Below, in pieces: positions 28,125 through 36,013 of a DNA stretch of 64,000 nucleotides. Position numbers and translations under genes: made by a program. Where the stretch lies: assembly GCA_035430005.1 (NCBI GenBank), contig DAOMFV010000005.1:15196-79195 (forward strand), read 5' to 3'. The DNA is from Gemmatales bacterium. GTDB lineage: Bacteria; Planctomycetota; Planctomycetia; Gemmatales; HRBIN36. Position 1 is the first letter of the stretch; each line of letters opens with the position of its first letter. The notes under the pieces are model-generated. The model was not told where the DNA came from, made no database searches, and was given only the letters and a program-made list of their open reading frames with translations.

Positions 28125-29603
28125 ATGTTATCGCTGTACCCCGCCAGTCCTACCACCATGAATCCTCGACACAATCATAGCCACGCTTTCGATTTGTTCC
28201 ATCCTCATTCACGGGAAGGAGTTTCCGTAGTCACCAGACGAAACTTCCTCAAAGCGAGCTTGGCTGGAATGGGAGCGTTAAGTGTCCCAGCACTCCTACA
28301 ACAGCGTGCCTTGGCAACGGAACGAGGCAAGTCGATCTCTAGCCATAAGAGTGTGATTCTTCTGTGGATGTCAGGCGGACCAAGCCAAATCGATACCTGG
28401 GACCCAAAGCCAACACGACCACTGCAAAATCGTGGGCCGTTCGGGGTCATCCGGACGAAGTTGCCTGGAGTGTTCGTCTGCGAGCACCTTCCCAAGCAGG
28501 CGGCGATGCTCGATAAGTTCACCATCATTCGTTCTGTTGATGCTGAAAAAAGCAATCATGAACCGAATCGAGTCTTTCAGACAGGAAATTTAGAAGCGGA
28601 GCCACGCCTCAATCCTATCGGCCATCTCTACCCAGGCATTGGCTCCATTGTCTCGAAGTATCACGGAGCCAATCAACCAGGCATGCCACCATACGTCTCA
28701 TTCCATCGATCCCGCGATCACGTTGCCTTCGCCGGTTACCTCGGCATGGAGTACGACCCTTTTCCAGGTAACCTCGCCTGCAATCTGCCGATCTACGACA
28801 ACGTGGGCAAGGACACGGGACGTATTTCAAGGACAAACCTCTTCCAGGCTGTGAAGGGGATGACCTCTAGAGAGATGAGTCAGCGACTGACATTGACGCA
28901 ACAACTCGATCATCTGCGGCGAGACATCGATGCTAGCGGGGCGATGGCAGCGATGGATCGCTATCAGCAGCAGGCCGTCGAACTGGTACTGGGCGGTAAG
29001 GCAAGAACAGCTTTTAGCTTAACTGATGAGCCAGCCAAGAATCGTGAACGATATGGAATGCACCTCTGGTGCCAACAGGCCCTCATCGCCCGGCGATTGG
29101 TGCAAGCAGGCGTCGCCTTTGTCACCATTGATCTCAATTACCATCCAGCTTCGGGAACTTGGGATACACATGGCGACAACATCCCTCCCTATGGCGGTAT
29201 CAGTAAGGGCTTGAAGCCGCTGCTGCCCCTATTCGATCACTTGATAACCACTCTAGTGAGCGATCTCCAGGAGCATGATCTTCTCAATGATGTCCTGGTT
29301 ATTGCCATGGGAGAGTTTGGTCGCACACCGCAGATGGGCACGCAGGACAGCACCGATGGGCGGAACCATTGGCCGAACATTATGTCAATGTGCCTCGCGG
29401 GGGGCGGTCTGCGGCATGGACAGGTCATCGGTGAATCGGAGCAGGATGGCGGAGCGATCAAATCGAACCCTGTCACTCCCAGCGATCTGGCTGCTACGAT
29501 CTATCGCCACATGGAGGTGCCGCTTGACACGACGTACCTTGATACTATAGGTCGGCCGAGGGCGATTGTTGATGCTGGGAAGCCGATTGCGGAATTGTTT
29601 TGA
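28125..29603 (+). CDS. DUF1501 domain protein (sulfatase-fold, Tat signal)
   Basis: Tat-like TRRNFLKASLAGMGALSV, SVILLWMSGGPSQIDTWDPKP, ...GEFGRTP...DGRNHWP. This is typical of planctomycete DUF1501. An alternative start is at 28158. Confidence 0.85.
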   Translation: MLSLYPASPTTMNPRHNHSHAFDLFHPHSREGVSVVTRRNFLKASLAGMGALSVPALLQQRALATERGKSISSHKSVILLWMSGGPSQIDTWDPKPTRPLQNRGPFGVIRTKLPGVFVCEHLPKQAAMLDKFTIIRSVDAEKSNHEPNRVFQTGNLEAEPRLNPIGHLYPGIGSIVSKYHGANQPGMPPYVSFHRSRDHVAFAGYLGMEYDPFPGNLACNLPIYDNVGKDTGRISRTNLFQAVKGMTSREMSQRLTLTQQLDHLRRDIDASGAMAAMDRYQQQAVELVLGGKARTAFSLTDEPAKNRERYGMHLWCQQALIARRLVQAGVAFVTIDLNYHPASGTWDTHGDNIPPYGGISKGLKPLLPLFDHLITTLVSDLQEHDLLNDVLVIAMGEFGRTPQMGTQDSTDGRNHWPNIMSMCLAGGGLRHGQVIGESEQDGGAIKSNPVTPSDLAATIYRHMEVPLDTTYLDTIGRPRAIVDAGKPIAELF

Positions 29604-29794
29604 TCTCCCAGGAGAACATGATGAAGCATCGTCGTCATTTCATCACCACGGCTGCTCTTGGCTTTGCCGCCATGGCAGCACTGGTGTACGGTCGCATTGT
29701 TGGAGCCAATGAAACGTCAAGCTCGGAATTAAGGGGAAGAGCCGGGGTAGAAACCTGGCAAGCAGTTTCTCCAAAACGTCTCATGCAGAGATAG
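29600..29794 (+). pseudogene. possible remnant of a Tat-signal oxidoreductase N-terminus
   Basis: MMKHRRHFITTAALGFAAMAAL..RIVGAN resembles the Tat signal plus the start of the Rossmann fold of Gfo/Idh/MocA proteins, then terminates early. ATGA overlap with the DUF1501 stop. Confidence 0.25.
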
Positions 29795-29999
29795 TGACCA
29801 TTAGTGATGTCTATCAAGAACGGCTCACCTTTGCTGCATCGGTAGTCATGATCTGATTAAACTCAGGCACTTGCAGGCGTTGGCGCTGCAGAGGGAATGG
29901 GGGAGGCAGAGGGAAAGGTGGAATACTGTTTTCGTTGATCGTTGCTTCTAGGTTATATTGTAGTTGATCCTAACTCCTGCTTCTTCACCAGGCCAATCC

Positions 30000-31319
30000 A
30001 TGAAGACACAATCCATTTCTCGTCGCCAAGCCATGAAGGCGATTGCTGCAGGACTAACTGCACCGATGGTCTTTCGCTCATTTGCGCACGCCACTCCATC
30101 TGAAACGGTACTCCATGTCAGTGTGGGATCAGGTGGAATGGCTGCCTCAGACATTGGGTCGCTAACCGCCAGTAAGAATCTAAGATTGGTTGCCATTGCT
30201 GACGTGGATTCGATCAAGGCAGCAGAAATGGCCAAGAAGCATCCGGGTGTCAAAATATACCAGGACTGGCGAGTCATGTTCGAAAAGGAAACTTTTGATT
30301 CAGTAAATGTCTCGACACCTGACCATATGCATGCTGCTCCAACCATGCGTGCTATTCGTATGGGCAAGGCTGTATATACCCAGAAGCCACTCACTCAGAC
30401 CATTTATGAAGCGCGGCAACTTGCGAACGCTGCAGCTGGGAAGAATACGATTTCTCAAATGGGGATTCAAATTCATTCGGCAAGCGAGCATAAGACAGCT
30501 GTCGCAACAATTCAGTCTGGAGCTATCGGCAAAGTAAAAGAAGTACACAGCTGGAGTGGCAAAGACTGGGGTGACCCCCGTCCACGACCCGATCGGCACG
30601 ATCCTATCCCACCTACGTTCAATTGGGACCTATGGTTGGGCATAGCGGACGAAAGGCCCTTCCTTGGAAATGGATATTACCATCCTGGCAACTGGCGTAA
30701 ACGACTCGACTTTGGCACGGGAACTTTTGGTGACATGGGATGTCACATTCTAGACCCAGTGTTTGGCTCACTCGGCGTGAAATATGCCAATGCAGTCAAA
30801 TCGATTGGTGAAGCACCTAACGAACACAATTGGCCACTACACTGTGAAGTAATCTTTACCTTTCCAGGCAGCCAATTCACAACAGACTCGGTTACCGTAC
30901 ATTGGTACAACGGCAACCGGCGACCCTCTGAGGAAATTGTGAAACTTATCGAACCGCACAAACTACCTGGGCAAGGTTCTATCTATCTCGGCACAGATGG
31001 CGTGATGTTCTCGCCTTACATTGGTATGCCTGTACTCCTTGGGAGCGCTTCGGCCAAGAAAGTAACTCCGATTCCCTCAAACAATCACTATCTACAGTTT
31101 GTTGACGCAGTCCGTGGCAAGGAAAAGACTTCAGCACCTTTCTCGTATGCCGGACCGCTTTCTGAAATGGTGCTGCTCGGCTGCCTTGCGACGCGGTTTC
31201 CCCAACAGATGATTGAATGGGATGCAGCTAAAATGCAATCATCGAACTTTGCTAAGGCAAATGACTTCGTTCAGCGCCGGTATCGCAAAGGGTGGGAAGA
31301 ACAAGGGATTTCAAGATAA
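30000..31319 (+). CDS. Gfo/Idh/MocA-family oxidoreductase with Tat signal
   Basis: MKTQSISRRQAMKAIAAGLTAPMVF (twin-arginine), a Rossmann-like VSVGSGGMAASD...LVAIADVD, and DSVNVSTPDHMHA. Confidence 0.85.
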   Translation: MKTQSISRRQAMKAIAAGLTAPMVFRSFAHATPSETVLHVSVGSGGMAASDIGSLTASKNLRLVAIADVDSIKAAEMAKKHPGVKIYQDWRVMFEKETFDSVNVSTPDHMHAAPTMRAIRMGKAVYTQKPLTQTIYEARQLANAAAGKNTISQMGIQIHSASEHKTAVATIQSGAIGKVKEVHSWSGKDWGDPRPRPDRHDPIPPTFNWDLWLGIADERPFLGNGYYHPGNWRKRLDFGTGTFGDMGCHILDPVFGSLGVKYANAVKSIGEAPNEHNWPLHCEVIFTFPGSQFTTDSVTVHWYNGNRRPSEEIVKLIEPHKLPGQGSIYLGTDGVMFSPYIGMPVLLGSASAKKVTPIPSNNHYLQFVDAVRGKEKTSAPFSYAGPLSEMVLLGCLATRFPQQMIEWDAAKMQSSNFAKANDFVQRRYRKGWEEQGISR

Positions 31320-31339
31320 GTCTTAATCCTTACTAAACG

Positions 31340-31408
31340 CCTTCCCTTCTCCGCACCATGCTCTAACTCACTGTCGCGTCAGCAGCATCACAGCGATGCC
31401 GCACGCAG
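31340..31408 (+). repeat. dispersed repeat family, copy C (degenerate)
   Basis: CTCTAACTCACTGTCGCGTCAGCAGCATCACAGCGATGCCGCACGCAG. The 3' half matches copy D (GCATCACATCGATGCCGCACGCAC). Confidence 0.45.
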
Positions 31409-31495
31409 ATAAGAATCGTGTGCAAAAAAAAACGCAAGCCTACGGAATCACCGTAGGCTGTTGTCTTGTTCGAGGAAGGAAGTCGCTCCGTTGAT

Positions 31496-32275
31496 CTAAA
31501 CCCGGAGTTGCGCCATACTTGCTTTTATGGCTAATTGCCTCTTTCTCCAAGCGACTACGCCTGCTCCCAGGGTTCCAACACCTATCAATGCCCAGGTAGT
31601 TGGTTCAGGGACGGCAAACGTAAACTGCGTTACCAGACCAAGGGTATCAGTATTGCCTGTGGCATCATTCACGCTATCCGGCGGAACGCTATAAAGACGA
31701 GAGACAGAATCCCCCAGAGTGTTTTCAGCATCAAATTGAGTAGTGGTGCCAGCGCCGAAATTTCTTACATCCATGAGCAAGTTTCCCAAAGCTGGATCAT
31801 ACAGGAAGGGTGTTTGGAGCGTGATTACAATATCAAAGTTATGTGGCGGGCCGCCTGTATTTGTTGAGGACAGGGTCAAGGCACCGTTATAAACCATGCT
31901 GTCATCACTGCCCACATTGCTGGCAAACGTTGAGCTGAGGCCGTCTGGTAATGCGGAAGTAGTAGAGAGATTGATCTGCATACTCGGTAAGGTGGTACTG
32001 AAGGCGGAACCAAATGTAATGTCAGTGCGAAAACTGATAGCAGTAATGAGAGCTGGCCCACCGAAAGAACTGAATTGCGAGGATGCGTATACCTGTTGAA
32101 CGCGTTGACTGGTACGCCCAAAATCACTGATGTTAAATGGCGCACCGTTATTGAGATTTCCCTCAACGTTAGCCAGGGCATTGGGCACTACCACATTTTG
32201 GGCGGGAGCTAGGCCCGGCATGCTAACAAGCGCCAGGCAGCCTAACATTCCTACCAACTTTCTTCGCAGCTTCAT
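31496..32275 (-). CDS. PEP-CTERM sorting-domain protein
   Basis: Signal peptide MKLRRKLVGMLGCLALVSMPGLAPA. C-terminus VPEPTTWALIGVGTLGAGVVAWRKRQ, i.e. PEP motif + TM + basic tail. Confidence 0.8.
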   Translation of the reverse strand: MKLRRKLVGMLGCLALVSMPGLAPAQNVVVPNALANVEGNLNNGAPFNISDFGRTSQRVQQVYASSQFSSFGGPALITAISFRTDITFGSAFSTTLPSMQINLSTTSALPDGLSSTFASNVGSDDSMVYNGALTLSSTNTGGPPHNFDIVITLQTPFLYDPALGNLLMDVRNFGAGTTTQFDAENTLGDSVSRLYSVPPDSVNDATGNTDTLGLVTQFTFAVPEPTTWALIGVGTLGAGVVAWRKRQLAIKASMAQLRV

Positions 32276-32442
32276 TTGATTGCAAGCTTGGATGACTAGG
32301 TGTGTAACATGGAGGAGTGTCGATTTAAGCATGTGAACAAAACAGAGTCAAACTTATTCTTAAAGCTTCGTGTTTCTGAAGCTCCGAGCACATCATAACT
32401 GAGTGCCTAACCGTTTATGAATCTGACACTACCCCGCAGAAC

Positions 32443-32540
32443 CTTCCACATTCCTGCCAATTCCCTCCTCCTTATTCCACACAGCCCTGTAACTGTCATC
32501 CTACGTAAGCTGCATCACATCGATGCCGCACGCACCTGGA
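32443..32540 (+). repeat. dispersed repeat family, copy D
   Basis: Core CTGTAACTGTCATCCTACGTAAGCTGCATCA at 32487-32517. It abuts the truncated helicase reading frame, which stays open back through the repeat. Confidence 0.65.
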
Positions 32541-32547
32541 CCTAGCT

Positions 32548-33027
32548 TTGGTAACCGATTGTTCAAGAAATGACTTGATATTCAACGATCTGTTGAAAGC
32601 GATTAAAGCTGGCAAATCACCAATATTGCTGACTGAACGCACTGGTCATCTTGATGAGTTTGCAACACGCTTGAATGGACTTGTGAAAAATGTAATCGTC
32701 ATGAAGGGGGGCATGGGAGTCAAGCAAAGACGTTCTATCGCTGAGCAACGGGTGTCAATTCCTGATGTTGAGGAAAGAGTGCTGCTGGCTACCGGTCGTT
32801 ACATAGGTGAGGGGTTCGACGATGCCAGGCTTGGTACCTTGTTCCTAGCGCTACCAATATCATGGCGTGGAACTCTCCAGCAATACTTTGGGCGATTACA
32901 CCGTTTACATGACAACAAGCGAGAAGTGATTGTCTACGACTATTTGGACACCTTTTCCCCTGTATTGAAGAGCATGTACCGGAAGCGAGTCAAAGGCTAT
33001 CAGGCCATTGGTTACGAAGTTCAGTAA
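32548..33027 (+). pseudogene. C-terminal fragment of an SF2 (DEAD/DEAH, restriction-Res-like) helicase
   Basis: Only the helicase C-terminal lobe is present (...VLLATGRYIGEGFDDARLGTLFLALPISWRGTLQQYFGRLHR = motifs V-VI, QxxGRxxR). There is no ATPase N-lobe, and the 5' end is replaced by repeat D. Confidence 0.7.
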
Positions 33028-34090
33028 TCAGGAGTCTTTGCGGTTGCTTACCTTGGTGATCTGTGATTGTGCAAAACTCACTGCTTGGTGCAGTCGTTTT
33101 TCTAAGACTGGACGAGGCGGCAGTTCGGTGAGGTACGTCGCTATTCGAATGCCGCTCTTATCCAGTTGCAACAACTCGATTTGTTCCGCCTTCTTGTCTG
33201 AGCAGATTGAAGCCCAAGGGACGTTCTTCACCTGGCTGCATTTCGTGTTTTTCCAGCCACCTCAAGTAGAGTTCCATTTGTCCCTTATCACCGGCCTGTA
33301 GTTTCCCCAATTTCAGCTCAACAGCAACCAAGCGGCGAATTATGCGATGGTAAAATAGTAAATCGAGATAATAGTCCTCTCCATCAATCACAATTCTCTT
33401 TTGTCGAGCGACAAAACTAAAGCCAGCACCAAGTTCAAGCATGAACTGTTCAATCTCTCGGAGTATTGCTGACTCTAAATCGGCTTCGGTGTATGCTCCC
33501 TTCAATCCCAGAAAATGGAGCAAGTATTGATCACGAAACACGAGGTCTGCTGACAACAGATCATCATGGCGAAGCTTTGAGAGTTCCTGTTTAGCCAATG
33601 CTTCTGGCTTCTTTGAGAGCGCTGTTCGCTCGAAAAGCATGCCCTGTATTTTGGCTCGAAGTGTTCGGACGCTCCACCGTTCAACTCGACAAAGCTCTGC
33701 GTAAAACTCACGTTTCAACGGATCATCGATTGGGTTGATTTCAACAAAGTGGCTCCATCCTAATTGTCTCGACAGTGTCGAGACAATTCGATGATCCGGA
33801 AACATCTCGGCAAATCGAACCATGCGGAAAAGGTTAGGTCTGGAAAAACCGTCACCGAATTCAGAAGTTAAAGCAGTGGCCAACGTTGGGATCACTGCCT
33901 CACCATAGTCTGCTCTTTTGGGCATTGAGTATTTCGGTGTGAATGCGTCTACCAATTTCCCAATACAGCATCACCAGCGTCGAGTTTACTGCTTGTGCGA
34001 CCCGTTCTTTAGTTTCTCGGATCAGAGACTGAATATCGGTCAACAACGAGCCACTCTTTGTAGCTGTCAGCTGGTGTCAGTAATAGAACC
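33028..34090 (-). pseudogene. DUF1016 (YhcG-like PD-(D/E)xK nuclease) gene broken by two frameshifts
   Basis: Three consecutive frames carry consecutive parts of the protein. Frame 1 (~34075-33920): SLLTDIQSLIRETKERVAQAVNSTLVMLYWEIGRRIHTEIL. Frame 2 (ORF 33158..33955): KRADYGEAVIPTLATALTSEFGDGF...YYLDLLFYHRIIRRLVAVELKLGK. Frame 3 (ORF 33028..33231): ICSDKKAEQIELLQLDKSGIRIATYLTELPP. No start codon is evident. Confidence 0.75.
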
Positions 34091-34352
34091 CTTCTGTTTT
34101 GATGTTTTTCTAGCGATGGCAATGCCCCCAAACTGAGTACGAAAATAGAAAGTGAACGGCGGGATCAAGCCATTCTACTAACGGCAAACAGCACTGCAGA
34201 TTCCAAAATTTGTAGGCATCCACCATTGATGAGCGATGGAGATTAGCAAGGAAGTATCATTCTACTGTTCAAAAGGCTACTACCGTCGACTACCGTTTTT
34301 CAAACTGCAATACCGCTAATACACGCTTGTTTTTGCATTTCTTTGCATCAGT

Positions 34353-34381
34353 TTGCAATGCTTATTTTCAATCGCTATAAT
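34353..34381 (+). promoter_or_regulatory. orphan sigma70-like promoter
   Basis: TTGCAA (34353-34358), a 17-nt spacer, then a perfect TATAAT (34376-34381), in an AT-rich tract. It is preceded by three phased TTTGCA motifs. There is no protein-coding ORF downstream on this strand. Confidence 0.4.
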
Positions 34382-34451
34382 GCGTAAAATCACTGGTTTT
34401 CAGGTTGAAATTACGTTTTTAACGTGGAGCCTTTTGAGCGTTTCGTAAAGC

Positions 34452-34483
34452 GGGGGTCGTGGGTTCAAATCCCACGGGCGGCT
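34452..34483 (+). other. tRNA 3'-half-like fragment (T-arm + acceptor 3' strand), not a complete tRNA
   Basis: GTGGG-TTCAAAT-CCCAC T-arm, followed by GGGCGGC and T. No complementary GCCGCCC 5' acceptor strand, D-arm or anticodon stem can be built from the 100 nt upstream. Confidence 0.5.
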
Positions 34484-34512
34484 TTGGTCCTAACTGATCA
34501 AATCACAATATG

Positions 34513-34833
34513 TTACGATTTCAACAGCAACAGCAGCATGCAAACTGGTGTTTGAGCGAGAATACTGTGAGGTAGTCGCACTGGCATGTGTATCCAAGTG
34601 CCAACTGATGCCGTTACCTTATCCTGGCCAAGGACGACATCGGCGTTGCCTTTGAGAAAATGAATGATCGCCGGCGTCGATGCAGTATGTTCTGAAAGTT
34701 CCTGGCCAGCAGCAAATCCAAATAACACTGCCTTCAGACGCTCATCCTGATATATCGTGTGGCTGAGTATTCCGTTTACCGGAGGTTCGATCTCGACATC
34801 CAGATTCTTCAAAAGGGTGTATGCGTTCATCAT
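34513..34833 (-). CDS. cupin-domain protein
   Basis: AGGAGA lies 5 nt upstream of the ATG at 34833. Cupin-like G.ELSEHTAS....IHFLKG.A.V..G......V..G.WIHMP. Confidence 0.7.
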   Translation of the reverse strand: MMNAYTLLKNLDVEIEPPVNGILSHTIYQDERLKAVLFGFAAGQELSEHTASTPAIIHFLKGNADVVLGQDKVTASVGTWIHMPVRLPHSILAQTPVCMLLLLLKS

Positions 34834-34890
34834 TTCGTCTCCTGGTGTCTGGTGGCAATGGTATGGCATCATCACTTTCGGTATATCTCG

Positions 34891-35211
34891 TTAGATCAAA
34901 CAGGCCCGATCGAGAGATCTCTGCATCATGCGAACCAACTTTACTCCCAAGGCCTGATGCAATAACGTGTCGCACCATTCCTGGTCTTCAAAGCGATAGC
35001 GTATCTGAACTGCACGCACCTCACCCGTCATCATCTTCTCGCGTGCGAGAGGCAGATCTATGGGGTTTTCGCCTACATGATCACTCGGTGATTGTTTCTC
35101 ATGCACACTGATAATCTCGGCATATGTCGCCAGATCCTTGAAGTACTGATCCAGCGTAGCTGAGTCTAACAGTTTGTCCCAGATGGCCGGCAACGGTTCC
35201 AATTGGTTCAT
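34891..35211 (-). CDS. hypothetical protein translationally coupled to napB
   Basis: ATGA start/stop overlap with the upstream tetrahaem gene. 106 aa with no Cys motifs, TM or signal peptide. No family recognised. Confidence 0.55.
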   Translation of the reverse strand: MNQLEPLPAIWDKLLDSATLDQYFKDLATYAEIISVHEKQSPSDHVGENPIDLPLAREKMMTGEVRAVQIRYRFEDQEWCDTLLHQALGVKLVRMMQRSLDRACLI

Positions 35212-36011
35212 GGCTGCCCTTTCTGAAAATCAACTTGATCCAAGGCGGCAGAGGGTGCATGGCACTGGGTACAGTTGGTGAGCCAGGGATGTGTTGTGCG
35301 AATGCCGGCCCGGGCGACTAAGCCATGGCAACTGGTGCAATCCTGCCGCATCCAGGTAGTGTGCGGTATGGTCGGCGGCGCTCCGGGCCAGGCGCGAGTG
35401 CCCGGACCGGCGCGTTTCGTGCCTTCGAAGTCATTCTCACTGAGGAAATGCCTAACGAGTGCAGATTCTGAACGGTTCTCTTCGACATGACATTGGGTGC
35501 AATTGGTGTAATGCGGATGACTGACTTTGGTAGCAATCCGATCACCCACTTTGATGCCTTCCGCATGACAAGCCAGGCAGTTAGAGACCTGTGGTTGGTT
35601 AATAGCATGGGGAATCACTGGAGGGGCTGAGTCATAGGCTCGATTGCGAGTTCGATCAGCCAATGCCACTTGCTTCATTTCATCGGTACGAATGACAGGA
35701 TCGAAAGGGCCTGGCTTGGCGAAACTCAACTTGCTGAGATCGGAGGACCAGCCACTATTGGCCTTGAGTTTGGCATTCGGCAACTCACTGTACGTGACAG
35801 CCTCTGGCACGTCACTCAAATTGATGCTCGCTTCAGCTCGTGTTTTCTCCAGCGGCAAAGGCTCGTTGATGCCTCGAAGAAAGCCCACGAGAGTAATGCC
35901 CAACGCGATCACGACGAACAGAACCACATACCGTTGCAGGATACCCGGCATGATCGCCGTGGCATCTCGTGGCAAGGCCTCATGAGAATCAGGCGGATGG
36001 GAGTGTTGCAT
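35208..36011 (-). CDS. napB: membrane-anchored tetrahaem cytochrome c made of two NapB-like dihaem units
   Basis: Two copies of the NapB signature: APPVIPH..(N9)..CLACH...SHPHYTNCTQCH and APPTIPH..(N7)..CTSCH...THPWLTNCTQCH. TM helix YVVLFVVIALGITLVGFL. GGAGG lies 6 nt before the ATG at 36011, directly after the napA stop. Confidence 0.8.
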   Translation of the reverse strand: MQHSHPPDSHEALPRDATAIMPGILQRYVVLFVVIALGITLVGFLRGINEPLPLEKTRAEASINLSDVPEAVTYSELPNAKLKANSGWSSDLSKLSFAKPGPFDPVIRTDEMKQVALADRTRNRAYDSAPPVIPHAINQPQVSNCLACHAEGIKVGDRIATKVSHPHYTNCTQCHVEENRSESALVRHFLSENDFEGTKRAGPGTRAWPGAPPTIPHTTWMRQDCTSCHGLVARAGIRTTHPWLTNCTQCHAPSAALDQVDFQKGQP

Positions 36012-36013
36012 GA

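Noticed and set aside
34390-34487. Possible complete tRNA gene
   Set aside because: Only the T-arm and the 3' acceptor strand can be identified. There is no complementary 5' acceptor strand (GCCGCCC, even allowing GU pairs) within 100 nt upstream, and no anticodon stem can be folded. It is therefore reported only as a fragment.
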